From Eledone cirrhosa (Eukaryota), in assembly GCA_964016885.1 (NCBI GenBank), contig OZ024762.1, positions 11,408,001 through 11,472,000 of the forward strand: a DNA stretch of 64,000 bases. The letters run 5' to 3'. The position numbers and the translations under genes are program-made. The notes beneath the pieces were generated by a model. The model saw nothing but the letters and a program-made list of their open reading frames with translations. It made no database searches and was not told the origin of the DNA. Below are positions 25,201 through 40,600 of this stretch, in pieces; position 1 is the stretch's first letter; every line of letters starts with the position of its first letter.

Positions 25201-28200
25201 ATCCTCTTCTTACAACCTGTAAGAATTGCAGAATGTCAGTCACCCTTGACTGCTGCCTTGAACACTTCTCTGAGCTCCTAAACAAGCCCTTTAATGTTAG
25301 CATAAACATTATTGAATCAATGAAAAACGAGCCATCTTCATCATCATCAACATCATTAGTTTTATGCCTATTTTTCAACATTTGCATGGGTTGGACAGGT
25401 CCTTTGCAGCATCTCTTCACAATTACCATGTTCCTTTGTCATCTCTCTGAGACTCAGCAATTTAAGATCAGTTCCCACCACATCTGCCCAGGTCTTCCTT
25501 GGTCCACCTCTGTTGTGGCTTCCCTCCACTTCTTTAATCAGTGATCATCATTCATGCACATCACATGTCCATACCAACACATTCTGCTCTCTTACACCAC
25601 TTCTCATTCTTCTTAACCCTATCGCATATAAAACGGCTATATCTGGCCAGAATTCTCTCACTTTTTCTTTCCCAACTGACCCCAACCGGCCACTCATACT
25701 GACTTTAAGGTATTGTTCTAAAAATAAATAATATCAAAATCTCATAGATTCAATATTATGTGAGATATTATGTAAGATAATGCCTTTTACTGCAAAAATA
25801 CAATAGTTTATAAAGAGTAGAGTAAATGTTAAAGGGTTAAACCCAGTTTCTGTCTCAGGTTTATATCATTGATGCTCTTCCCCTTGATAACCCCTGTGTA
25901 TCTTCTACATACAAAGTCTTCTCTTGTTGTTAGTCTACCTGCCAACCATACAACTGATGTTAACTGAACTTGCTCTGTGTACAAGAAGTACCTGATCAGT
26001 TGAACATATTTCCAGTGGACATAGCTTGCATAGAACTACCCCCACATCTTGACCATGAAAAATGTCCTTGGTGTGACATATGGAATAACAAGACTAAGAA
26101 ATTCTTTGGCCTCGGGGTTATTTGTTTTTATTTTTATTTTTTTTCCAGAGCTGACCAAATCCTAGATTAATTACCATAACCAAACTATAGAGCCTAGTCT
26201 ACCCTATGAATCAAAGATATCGCATAGTACCACCATATTACGGGGACCCTCAGAAATAAGAGATATAGTATTATATAAGATTTATAAAATAATGATATTT
26301 AATATAATAATAATATACAATATATTTATAAAAGTAAGAAAGAAAATGAAATAAATGATAAAAATAAATAAATAAACATTTATTTGAAATTTTCTTTATA
26401 TACAAGCGATATATAGAAACAGATATAAACGTATACATATGTGTGTGTGTGTGTACAAGAATCGAACGTGCTGCCCTTGATTTGTAACGTACGAGTAATT
26501 AAACGACGAAGCCCGGATGTGTTGGGAGAAAAACTGGGCATTGGAAGAGAAATGCGTGTGTACAGATGTTTGGGTCAAAAGTAGTCAAGGGGAGATAACC
26601 AAAATAAGTCGTATGCCATGAACTGTCGTCTGTAGACTTATACAGAACCAGTTTAAAACTCCTTAAAATTATTAATAACATACATTAGCAGCAATTCTAT
26701 TGATTGGAAAAGCTGGAATATTAATAGTTGATTGTTTGAGTCTCGATGGTTTTACAATTTACCCTTGGATTAGAAGTAGATACCCCATATAACACACCAC
26801 TGTCAGTGACTCTTTTGTCTTTCCCCCCCACATCCGAGATTAACAAAATAAACGACAGAAATAAAATATTTTATAAAACAACCGCAAGGATTATAATTAT
26901 TTTTACCTATATAAAATTATTTGATGTTACCCACAATGGTAGAAATATATACTCTCCTAATTTACCAGTTTTATGACGAGTCACACTCGATTGAAGTGGG
27001 ATTAATTCATCTTGGCAACATACACAAACACATATATATATTTATATAAAAGCTTTGTTTAAGCAGGGGTCAGGTCTACATTTATACATTTTTGTATATA
27101 GCGTAGTATTTCGTCAAACAGATATCGATAAGAAATAATATATTTAAATAAATACTACCATCAATATGTTAGCCGAAACATTTAAACAAGCTGTCCCCTG
27201 TATGACCGGAGACCTATTGAATGACTGAAATAAATCTGTGAAAGATCTCATTTATTTTTAATGTAACTGTTTATTTGCTTCGTTTAAAATATGTCTATGG
27301 TACTAAAACATAACTGCATCTCTCCACCTTTAAACATTAAAAAACATGAAAATTAGAAGAACCTTAGAGTTCCCCCCAAATACTCGGTCTCACTTTTACT
27401 GAGGATCTCTCATGTCTAACGTACATTTAGTAGACATGGTTGTAACTTCTTTAAACAGACTGGCTCTTCTCTTCAATATAGTTGGAGAAGGATTAAATTT
27501 AGTTCAAAGAAAATATAAGAAAATTGTTTATATTTAACAATAGAAGCAAAATAATAATTTAATGGTGTGGGAAGGGTGATAAACAGACGAGGATGGGGAC
27601 TTCGTGATTTTCCAGACAAGCTGGTACACACAAACATATATATATATACACGTACTTATATACAAACATGTACTACATACATATATATTATATACATCAT
27701 GTACTACATACATATATATTATATACATCATGTACTATATACATATATATATATATACATGTACTACACACATATATATATATACATGTACTACACACAC
27801 ATATATATTATATACGTACATATATATATTATATACATATAATATATACTACGTGAATATATATATATATATAAAATGTCCTTGCCTAATATATACATAA
27901 TTCAGTGTGCCCTTGTCAAGAAATCGAACAAGCTCCGCTGGGTGTGCAACAGATATACAAAATAAACGACTAAGCTCGAATGAGCTGAGAGGAAAAAACT
28001 GTTGAATAAAATAGAAATGCGTGTGTGCAAACATTTTCATAAAAACCTAATCAAGGGGAGGTAACCAGAGTTGTATGCATGGGTGTATGTATGGTGTGTG
28101 ACTGTATATATGCGCGTGCGCGTTATTAGAGTTTGGCTGTTGCAGCGGCCAGATCTAAGCTATTCTCTTTTTAACAAATCTTTTCAAACAGTTTTGGTCT

Positions 28201-28599
28201 GTCTGGATCTTCAAGTTATTTCAGTGGCAACATACTCTTGTTGTTAGTCTACCTGCCAACCATACAACTGATGTTAACTGAACTTACTCTGTGTACAAGA
28301 AGTACCTGATCAGTTGAACATATTTCCAGTGGACATAGCTTGCATAGAACTACCCCCACATCTTGACCATGAAAAATGTCCTTGGTGTGACATGGAATAA
28401 CAAGACTAAGGAATTCTTTGGCCTCAGGGTTATTTTTTTTTTTTTTTTTTCCAGAGCTGACCATATCCTAGATTAATTACCATAACCAAACTATAGAGCC
28501 TAGTCTACCCTATGAATCAAAGATATCGCATAGTACCACCATATTACGGGGACCCTCAGAAATAAGAGATATAGTATTATATAAGATTTATAAAATAAT

Positions 28600-28673
28600 T
28601 GTTTCTACTTTTTGGCACAAGGCCAGCAATTACCCAGTGCATTACTGGTACTTTATTTTATCGACCCCGTAAG
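28600..28673 (-). mobile_element. 5'-truncated SINE in the 4th B block
   Basis: tgtttctactttttggcacaaggccagcaat...tcgaccccgtaag flanked by a duplicated gatttataaaataat; absent from other B copies except the last. Confidence 0.8.
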
Positions 28674-31600
28674 GATTTATAAAATAATGATATTTAATAT
28701 AATAGTAATATACAATATATTTATAAAAGTAAGAAAGAAAATGAAATAAATGATAAAAATAAATAAATAAACATTTATTTGAAATTTTCTTTATATACAA
28801 GCCATATATAGAGAGAGATAGAGACAGATATAAACTTATACATATGTGTGTGTGTGTGTACAAGAATCGAACGTGCTTCCCTTGATTTGTAACGTACGAG
28901 TAATTAAACGATGAAGCCCGGATGTGTTGAGAGAAAAACTGTGTATAAGAGGGATAAACTGTAGTGTGGGGAAGAGAAGACTGCATTGGTATGGACATGT
29001 GATGCGCATGGAGGATGACCGCTGGGTAAAGAAATACCAAGAAATCCCAGTAGAAGGAAGATGCAGTAGAGGAAGACCACGAAAATCACGGACGGAGGTG
29101 GTGAGAGCTGACCTCAGATCACTGAAGATCATGGAGGAGATGATGAATGGAGAGATGCTGTGCTGAATAGGACCCGTCCCACCCTTGCAAGCAGGGAAAA
29201 GCAGACGTAAAATGATGATGATGATGGCCCACAATCCTCTTCTTACAACCTGTAAGAACTGCAGATTGTCAGTCACCCTTGACTGCTGCCTTGAACACTT
29301 CTCTGAGCTCCTAAACAAGCCCTTTAATGTTAGCATAAACATTATTGAATCAATGAAAAACGAGCCATCATCATCATCATCATCAGTTTTATGCCTATTT
29401 TTCAACATTTGCATACAACATTTTTCAACATTTGCAGCATCTCTTCACAATTACCATGTTCCTTTGTCATCTCTCTGAGACTCAGCAATTTAAGATCAGT
29501 TCCCACCACATCTGCCCAGGTCTTCCTTGGTCCACCTCTGTTGTGGCTTCCCTCCACTTCTTTAATCAGTGATCATCATTCATGCACATCACATGTCCAT
29601 ACCAACACATTCTGCTCTCTTACACCACTTCTGATTCTTCTTAACCCTATCACATATAAAACGGCTATATCTGGCCAGAATTCTCTCACTTTTTCTTTAC
29701 CAACTGACCCCAACCGGCCACTCATACTGACTTTAAGGTATTGTTCTAAAAATAAATAATATCAAAATCTCATAGATTCAATATTATGTGAGATATTATG
29801 TAAGATAATGCCTTTTACTGCAAAAATACAATAGATTATAAAGAGTAGAGTAAATGTTAAAGGGTTAAACCCAGTTTCTGTCTCAGGTTTATATCATTGA
29901 TGCTCTTCCCCTTGATAACCCCTGTGTATCTTCTACATACAAAGTCTTCTCTTGTTGTTAGTCTACCTGCCAACCATACAACTGATGTTAACTGAACTTG
30001 CTCTGTGTACAAGAAGTACCTGATCAGTTGAACATATTTCCAGTGGACATAGCTTGCATAGAACTACCCCCACATCTTGACCATGAAAAATGTCCTTGGT
30101 GTGACATATGGAATAACAAGACTAAGAAATTCTTTGGCCTCTGGGTTATTTGTTTTTATTTTTATTTTTTTTCCAGAGCTGACCATATCCTAGATTAATT
30201 ACCATAACCAAACTATACAGCCTAGTCTACCCTATGAATCAAAGATATCGCATAGTACCACCATATTACGGGGACCCTCAGAAATAAGAGATATAGTATT
30301 ATATAAGATTTATAAAATAATGATATTTAATATAATAATAATATAGAATATATTTATAAAAGTAAGAAAGAAAATGAAATAAATGATAAAAATAAATAAA
30401 TAAACATTTATTTGAAATTTTCTTTATATACAAGCGATATATAGAGACAGATATAAACGTATACATATGTGTGTGTGTGTGTGTACAAGAATCGAACGTG
30501 CTGCCCTTGATTTGTAACGTACGAGTAATTAAACGACGAAGCCCGGATGTGTTGGGAGAAAAACTGTGCATTGGAAGAGAAATGCGTGTGTGCAGATATT
30601 TGGGTCAAAAGTAGTCAAGGGGAGATAACCAAAATAAGTCGTATGCCATGAACTGTCGTCTGTAGACTTATACAGAACCAGTTTAAAACTCCTTAAAATT
30701 ATTAATAACATACATTAGCAGCAATTCTATTGATTGGAAAAGCTGGAATATTAATAGTTGATTGTTTGAGTCTCGATCGTTTTATAATTTACCCTTGGAT
30801 TAGAAGTAGATACCCCATATAACACACCACTGTCAGTGACTCTTTTGTCTTTTCCGCCACATCCGAGATTAACAAAATAAACGACAGAAATAAAATATTT
30901 TATAAAACTACCGCAGAATTATAATTATTTTTACCTATATAAAATTATTTGATGTTACCCACAATGGTAAAAATATATACTCTCCTAATTTACCAGTTTT
31001 ATGACGAGCCACACTCGATTGAAGTGGGATTAATTCATCTTGGCAACATACACAAACACATATATATATTTATATAAAAGCTGTTGTTTAAGCAGGGGTC
31101 AGGTCTACATTTATACATTTTTGTATATAGCGTAGTATTTCGTCAAACAGATATCGATAAGAAATAATATATTTAAATAAATACTACCATCAATATGTTA
31201 GCCGAAACATTTAAACAAGCTGTCCCCTGTATGACCGGAGACCTATTGAATGACTGAAATAAAATCTGTGAAAGATCTCATTTATTTTTAATGTAATTGT
31301 TTATTTGCTTCGTTTAAAATATGTCTATGGTACTAAAACATAACTGCATCTCCCCACCTTTAAACATTAAAAACATGAAAATTAGAAGAACCTTAGAGTT
31401 CCCCCCAAATACTCGGTCTCACTTTTACTAAGGATCTCTCATGTCTAACGTACATTTAGTAAACATGGCTGTAACTTCTTTAAACAGACTGCCTCTTCTC
31501 TTCAACATAGTTGGAGAAGGATTAAATTTAGTTCAGAGAAAATATAAGAAAATTGTTTATATTTAACAATAGAAGCAAAATAATAATTTAATGGATTGGG

Positions 31601-34600
31601 AAGGGTGATAAACAGACGAGGATGGGGACTTCGTGATTTTCCAGACAAGCTGGTACACACAAACATATATATATATACACGTACTTATATACAAACATGT
31701 ACTACATACATATATATTATATACATCATGTACTACATACATATATATTATATACATCATGTACTATATACATATATATATATATATATATATACATGTA
31801 CTACACACACATATATATATTATATACGTACATATATATATTATATACATATAAGTACTACGTATTTATATATTATATACATATAATATATACTACGTGT
31901 ATATATATATAATATATATATAATGTCCTTGCCTAATATATACATATTTCAGTGTGCCCTTGTCAAGAAATCGACCACGCTCCGCTGGGGGTGCCACAGA
32001 TATACAAAATGAACGACTAAGCTCGAATGAGCTGAGAGGAAAAAACTGTTGAATAAAATAGAAATGCGTGTGTGCAAACATTTTCATAAAAACCTAATCA
32101 AGGGGAGGTAACCAGAGTTGTATGCATGGGTGTATGTATGGTGTGTGACAATATATATGCGCGTGCGCGTTATTAGAGTTTGGCTGTTGCAGCGGCCAGA
32201 CCTAAGCTATTCTCTTTTTAACAAAGCTTTTCAAACAGTTTTGGTCTGTCTGGATCTTCAGGTTATTTCAGTGGCAACATACTCTTGTTGTTAGTCTACC
32301 TGCCAACCATACAACTGATGTTAACTGAACTTGCTCTGTGTACAAGAAGTACCTGATCAGTTGAACTTATTTCCAGTGGACATAGCTTGCATAGAACTAC
32401 CCCCACATCTTGACCATGAAAAATGTCCTTCGTGTGACATATGGAATAACAAGACTAAGAAATTCTTTGGCCTCTGGGTTATTTGTTTTTATTTTTATTT
32501 TTTTCCCAGAGCTGACCATATCCTAGATTAATTACCATAACAAAACTATACAGCCTAGTCTACCCTATGAATCAAAGATATCGCATAGTACCACCATATT
32601 ACGGGGACCCTCAGAAATAAGAGATATAGTATTATATAAGATTTATAAAATAATGATATTTAATATAATAATAATATACAATATATTTATAAAAGTAAGA
32701 AAGGAAATGAAATAAATGATAAAAATAAATAAATAAACATTTATTTGAAATTTTCTTTATATACAACCGAGAGACAGATATAAACTTATACATATGTGTG
32801 TATATGTACAAGAATCGAACGTGCTTCCCTTGATTTGTAACGTATGAGTAATTAAACGACGAAACCCGGATGTGTTGAGAGAAAAACTGTGTATAAGAGG
32901 AATAAACTGTAGTGTGGGGGAGAGAGGACTGCATTGGTATGGACATGTGATGCGCATGCAGGATGACCGCTGGGTAAAGAAATACCAAGAAATCCCAGTA
33001 GAAGGAAGATGCAGTAGAGGAAGACCACGAAAATCACGGACGGAGGTGGTGAGAGCTGACCTCAGATCACTGGAGATCATGGAGGAGATGATGAATGGAG
33101 AGATGCTGTGCTGAATAGGACCCGTCCCACCCTTGCAAGCAGGGAAAAGCAGACGTAAAATGATGATGATGATGGCCCACAATCCTCTTCTTACAACCTG
33201 TAAGAACTGCAGATTGTCAGTCACCCTTGACTGCTGCCTTGAACACTTCTCTGAGCTCCTAAACAAGCCCTTTAATGTTAGCATAAACATTATTGAATCA
33301 ATGAAAAACGAGCCATCTTCATCATCATCAACATCATCAGTTTTATGCCTATTTTTCAACATTTGCATGGGTTGGACAGGTCCTTTGCAGCATCTCTTCA
33401 CAATTACCATGTTCCTTTGTCATCTCTCTGAGACTCAGCAATTTAAGATCAGTTCCCACCACATCTGCCCAGGTCTTTCTTGGTCCACCTCTATTGTGGC
33501 TTTCCTTCACTTCTTTAATCGGTGATCATCATTCATGCACATCACATGTCCATACCAACACATTCTGCTCTCATACACCACTTCTGATTCTTCTTAACAT
33601 TATCGCATATAGAACGGCTATATCTGGCCAGAATTCTCTCACTTTTTCTTTTCCAACTGACCCCAACCGGCCACTCATACTGACTTTAAGGTATTGTTCT
33701 AAAAATAAATAATATCAAAATCTCATAGATTCAATATTATGTGAGATATTATGTAAGATAAGGCCTTTTACTGCAAAAATACAATAGTTTATAAAGAGTA
33801 GAGTAAATGTTAAAGGGTTAAACCCAGTTTCTGTCTCAGGTTTATATCATTGATGCTCTACCCCTTGATAACCCCTGTGTATCTTCTACATACAAAGTCT
33901 TCTCTTGTTGTTAGTCTACCTGCCAACCATACAACTGATGTTAACTGAACTTGCTCTGTGTACAAGAAGTACCTGATCAGTTGAACATATTTCCAGTGGA
34001 CATAGCTTGCATAGAACTACCCCCACATCTTGACCATGAAAAATGTCCTTGGTGTGACATGGAATAACAAGACTAAGAAATTCTTTGGCCTCGGGGTTAT
34101 TTGTTTTTATTTTTATTTTTTTTCCAGAGCTGACCATATCCTAGATTAATTACCATAACCAAACTATACAGCCTAGTCTACCCTATGAATCAAAGATATC
34201 GCATAGTACCACCATATTACGGGGACCCTCAGAAATAAGAGATATAGTATTATATAAGATTTATAAAATAATGATATTTAATATAATAATAATATACAAT
34301 ATATTTATAAAAGTAAGAAAGAAAATGAAATAAATGATAAAAATAAATAAACAAACATTTATTTGAAATTTTCTTTATATACAAGCGATATATAGAGACA
34401 GATATAAACGTATACATATGTGTGTATATGTACAAGAATCGAACGTGCTTCCCTTGATTTGTAACGTACGAGTAATTAAACGACGAAGCCCGGATGTGTT
34501 GGGAGAAAAACTGGGCATTGGAAGAGAAATGCGTGTGTGCAGATATTTGGGTCAAAAGTAGTCAAGGGGAGATAACCAAAATAAGTCGTATGCCATGAAC

Positions 34601-37600
34601 TGTCGTCTGTAGAGTTGTACTGAACCAGTTTAAAACTCCTTAAAACTATTAATAACATACATTAGCAGCAATTCTATTGACGGGAAAAGCTGGAATATTA
34701 ATAGTTGATTGTTTGAGTCTCGATGGTTTTACAATTTACCCTTGGATTAGAAGTAGATACCCCATACAACACATCACTGTCAGTGACTCTTTTGTCTTTT
34801 CCCCCACATCCGAGATTAACAAAATAAACGACAGAAATAAAATATTTTATAAAACTACCGCAGAATTATAATTATTTTTACCTATATAAAATTATTTGAT
34901 GTTACCCACAATGGTAGAAATATATACTCTCCTAATTTACCAGTTTTATGACGAGTCACACTCGATTGAAGTGGGATTAATTCATCTTGGAAACATACAC
35001 AAACACACATATATATTTATATAAAAGCTGTTGTTTAAGCAGGGGTCAGGTCTACATTTATACATTTTTGTATATAGCGTAGTATTTCGTCAAACAGATA
35101 TCGATAAGAAATAATATATTTAAATAAATACTACCATCAATATGTTAGCCGAAACATTTAAACAAGCTGTCCCCTGTATGACCGGAGACCTATTGAATGA
35201 CTGAAATAAAATCTGTGAAAGATCTCATTTATTTTTAATGTAATTGTTTATTTGCTTCGTTTAAAATATGTCTATGGTACTAAAACATAACTGCATCTCC
35301 CCACCTTTAAACATTAAAAACATGAAAATTAGAAGAACCTTAGAGTTCCCCCCAAATACTCGGTCTCACTTTTACTAAGGATCTCTCATGTCTAACGTAC
35401 ATTTAGTAAACATGGCTGTAACTTCTTTAAACAGACTGCCTCTTTTCTTCAACATAGTTGGAGAAGGATTAAATTTAGTTCAAAGAAAATATAAGAAAAT
35501 TGTTTATATTTAACAATAGAAGCAAAATAATAATTTAATGGAGTGGGAAGGGTGATAAACAGACGAGGATGGGGACTTCGTGATTTTCCAGACAAGCTGG
35601 TACACACAAACATATATATATATATACACGTACTTATATACATATTATATACAAACATGTACTACATACATATATATTATATACATCATGTACTACATAC
35701 ATATATATATATACATGTACTACACACACATATATATATTATATACGTACATATATATATTATATACATATAATATATACTACGTGAATATATATATAGA
35801 ATATCCTTGCCTAATATATACATAATTCAGTGTGCCCTTGTCAAGAAATCGAACAAGCTCCGCTGGGTGTGCAACAGATATACAAAATAAACGACTAAGA
35901 TCGAATGAGCTGAGAGGAAAAAAACTGTTGAATAAAATAGAAATGCGTGTGTGCAAACATTTTCATAAAAACCTAATCAAGGGGAGGTAACCAGAGTTGT
36001 ATGCATGGGTGTATGTATGGTGTGTGACAGTATATATGCGCGTGCGCGTTATTAAAGTTTGGCTGTTGCAGCGGCCAGATCTAAGCTATTCTCTTTTTAA
36101 CAAATCTTTTCAAAGAGTTTTGGTCTGTCTGGATCTTCAAGTTATTTCAGTGGCAACATACTCTTGTTGTTAGTCTACCTGCCAACCATACAACTGATGT
36201 TAACTGAACTTGCTCTGTATACAAAAAGTACCTGATCAGTTGAACATATTTCCAGTGGACATAGCTTGCATAGAACTACCCCCACATCTTGACCATGAAA
36301 AATGTCCTTCGTGTGACATATGGAATAACAAGACTAAGAAATTCTTTGGCCTCTGGGTTATTTGTTTTTATTTTTATTTTTTTCCCAGAGCTGACCATAT
36401 CCTAGATTAATTACCATAACCAAACTATACAGCCTAGTCTACCCTATGAATCAAAGATATCGCATAGTACCACCATATTACGGGGACCCTCAGAAATAAG
36501 AGATATAGTATTATATAAGATTTATAAAATAATGATATTTAATATAATAATAATATACAATATATTTATAAAAGTAAGAAAGGAAATGAAATAAATGATA
36601 AAAATAAATAAATAAACATTTATTTGAAATTTTCTTTATATACAAGCGATATATAGAGACAGATATAAACGTATACATATGTGTGTATATGTACAAGAAT
36701 CGAACGTGCTTCCCTTGATTTGTAACATATGAGTAATTAAATGACGAAGCCCGGATGTGTTGAGAGAAAAACTGTGTATAAGAGGAATAAACTGTCGTGT
36801 GGGGGAGAGAGGACTGCATTGGTATGGACATGTGATGCGCATGGAGGATGACCGCTGGGTAAAGAAATACCAAGAAATCCCAGTAGAAGGAAGATGCAGT
36901 AGAGGAAGACCACGAAAATCACGGACGGAGGTGGTGAGAGCTGACCTCAGATCACTGAAGATCATGGAGATGATGAATGGAGAGATGCTGTGCTGAATAG
37001 GACCCGTCCCACCCTTGCAAGTAGTGAAAAGCAGACGTAAAATGATGATGATGATGGCCCACAATCCTCTTCTTACAACCTGTAAGAACTGCAGATTGTC
37101 AGTCACCCTTGACTGCTGCCTTGAACACTTCTCTGAGCTCCTAAACAAGCCCTTTAATGTTAGCATAAACATTATTGAATCAATGAAAAACGAGCCATCT
37201 TCATCATCATCAACATCATCAGTTTTATGCCTATTTTTCAACATTTGCATGGGTTGGACAGGTCCTTTGCAGCATCTCTTCACAATTACCATGTTCCTTT
37301 GTCATCTCTCTGAGACTCAGCAATTTAAGATCAGTCCCCACCACATCTGCCCAGGTCTTCCTTGGTCCACCTCTGTTGTGGCTTCCCTCCACTTCTTTAA
37401 TCAGTGATCATCATTCATGCACATCACATGTCCATACCAACACATTCTGCTCTCTTACACCACTTCTGATTCTTCTTAACCCTATCGCATATAAAACGGC
37501 TATATCTGGCCAGAATTCTCTCACTTTTTCTTTCCCAACTGACCCCAACCGGCCACTCATACTGACTTTAAGGTATTGTTCTAAAAATAAATAATATCAA

Positions 37601-40600
37601 AATCTCATAGATTCAATATTATGTGAGATATTATGTAAGATAATGCCTTTTACTGCAAAAATACAATAGTTTATAAAGAGTAGAGTAAATGTTAAAGGGT
37701 TAAACCCAGTTTCTGTCTCAGGTTTATATCATTGATGCTCTTCCCCTTGATAACCCCTGTGTATCTTCTACATACAAAGTCTTCTCTTGTTGTTAGGCTA
37801 CCTGCCAACCATACAACTGATGTTAACTGAACTTGCTCTGTGTACAAGAAGTACCTGATCAGTTGAACATATTTCCAGTGGACATAGCTTGCATAGAACT
37901 ACCCCCACATCTTGACCATGGAAAATGTCCTTGGTGTGACATATGGAATAACAAGACTAAGAAATTCTTTGGCCTCGGGGTTATTTGTTTTTATTTTTAT
38001 TTTTTTTCCAGAGCTGACCAAATCCTAGATTAATTACCATAACCAAACTATAGAGCCTAGTCTACCCTATGAATCAAAGATATCGCATAGTACCACCATA
38101 TTACGGGGACCCTCAGAAATAAGAGATATAGTATTATATAAGATTTATAAAATAATGATATTTAATATAATAATAATATACAATATATTTATAAAAGTAA
38201 GAAAGAAAATGAAATAAATGATAAAAATAAATAAATAAACATTTATTTGAAATTTTCTTTATATACTAGCGATATATAGAGACAGATATAAACGTATACA
38301 TATGTGTGTATATGTACAAGAATCGAACGTGCTTCCCTTGATTTGTAACGTACGAGTAATTAAACGACGAAGCCCGGATGTGTTGGGAGAAAAATTGTGC
38401 ATTGGAAGAGAAATGCGTGTGTGCAGATGTTTGGGTCAAAAGTAGTCAAGGGGAGATAACCAAAATAAGTCGTATGCCATGAACTGTCGTCTGTAGACTT
38501 ATACAGAACCAGTTTAAAACTCCTTAAAATTATTAATAACATACATTAGCAGCAATTCTATTGATTGGAAAAGCTGGAATATTAATAGTTGATTGTTTGA
38601 GTCTCGATGGTTTTACAATTTACCCTTGGATTAGAAGTAGATACCCCATATAACACACCACTGTCAGTGACTCTTTTGTCTTTCCCCCCCGCCACATCCG
38701 CGATTAACAAAATAAACGACAGAAATAAAATATTTTATAAAACAACCGCAAGGATTATAATTATTTTTACCTATATAAAATTATTTGATGTTACCCACAA
38801 TGGTAGAAATATATACTCTCCTAATTTACCAGTTTTATGACGAGTCACACTCGATTGAAGTGGGATTAATTCATCTTGGCAACATACACAAACACATATA
38901 TATATTTATATAAAAGCTCTTGTTTAAGCAGGGGTCAGGTCTACATTTATACATTTTTGTATATAGCGTAGTATTTCGTCAAACAGATATCGATAAGAAA
39001 TAATATATTTAAATAAATACTACCATCAATATGTTAGCCGAAACATTTAAACAAGCTGTCCCCTGTATGACCGGAGACCTATTGAATGACTGAAATAAAT
39101 CTGTGAAAGATCTCATTTATTTTTAATGTAACTGTTTATTTGCTTCGTTTAAAATATGTCTATGGTACTAAAACATAACTGCATCTCTCCACCTTTAAAC
39201 ATTAAAAAACATGAAAATTAGAAGAACCTTAGAGTTCCCCCCAAATACTCGGTCTCACTTTTACTGAGGATCTCTCATGTCTAACGTACATTTAGTAAAC
39301 ATGGTTGTAACTTCTTTAAACAGACTGGCTCTTCTCTTCAATATAGTTGGAGAAGGATTAAATTTAGTTCAAAGAAAATATAAGAAAATTGTTTATATTT
39401 AACAATAGAAGCAAAATAATAATTTAATGGTGTGGGAAGGGTGATAAACAGACGAGGATGGGGACTTCGTGATTTTCCAGACAAGCTGGTACACACAAAC
39501 ATATATATATATACACGTACTTATATACATATACATATTATATACAAACATGTACTACATACATATATATTATATACATCATGTACTACATACATATATA
39601 TTATATACATCATGTACTATATACATATATATATATACATCATGTACTATATACATATATATATATATACATGTACTACACACACATATATATTATATAC
39701 GTACATATATATATTATATACATATAATATATACTACGTAAATATATATATATATATAAAATGTCCTTGCCTAATATATACATAATTCAGTGTGCCCTTG
39801 TCAAGAAATCGAACAAGCTCCGCTGGGTGTGCAACAGATATACAAAATAAACGACTAAGCTCGAATGAGCTGAGAGGAAAAAACTGTTGAATAAAATAGA
39901 AATGCGTGTGTGCAAACATTTTCATAAAAACCTAATCAAGGGGAGGTAACCAGAGTTGTATGCATGGGTGTATGTATGGTGTGTGACAGTATATATGCGC
40001 GTGCGCGTTATTAGAGTTTGGCTGTTGCAGCGGCCAGATCTAAGCTATTCTCTTTTTAACAAATCTTTTCAAACAGTTTTGGTCTGTCTGGATCTTCAAG
40101 TTATTTCAGTGGCAACATACTCTTGTTGTTAGTCTACCTGCCAACCATACAACTGATGTTAACTGAACTTACTCTGTGTACAAGAAGTACCTGATCAGTT
40201 GAACATATTTCCAGTGGACATAGCTTGCATAGAACTACCCCCACATCTTGACCATGAAAAATGTCCTTGGTGTGACATGGAATAACAAGACTAAGGAATT
40301 CTTTGGCCTCAGGGTTATTTTTTTTTTTTTTTTTCCAGAGCTGACCATATCCTAGATTAATTACCATAACCAAACTATAGAGCCTAGTCTACCCTATGAA
40401 TCAAAGATATCGCATAGTACCACCATATTACGGGGACCCTCAGAAATAAGAGATATAGTATTATATAAGATTTATAAAATAATGATATTTAATATAATAG
40501 TAATATACAATATATTTATAAAAGTAAGAAAGAAAATGAAATAAATGATAAAAATAAATAAATAAACATTTATTTGAAATTTTCTTTATATACAAGCCAT

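Noticed and set aside
24776-25544. Repeated 130-223 aa ORFs in block A
   Set aside because: Antisense or chimeric readings of two RTE 3' ends; they recur only because the array is young.
26499-26681. 60 aa hydrophobic-start ORF MLLIILRSFK... as a tandem peptide gene family
   Set aside because: Disrupted in some array copies, and the paralogue near 57475 has an in-frame TGA; no convincing signal peptide or exon context.
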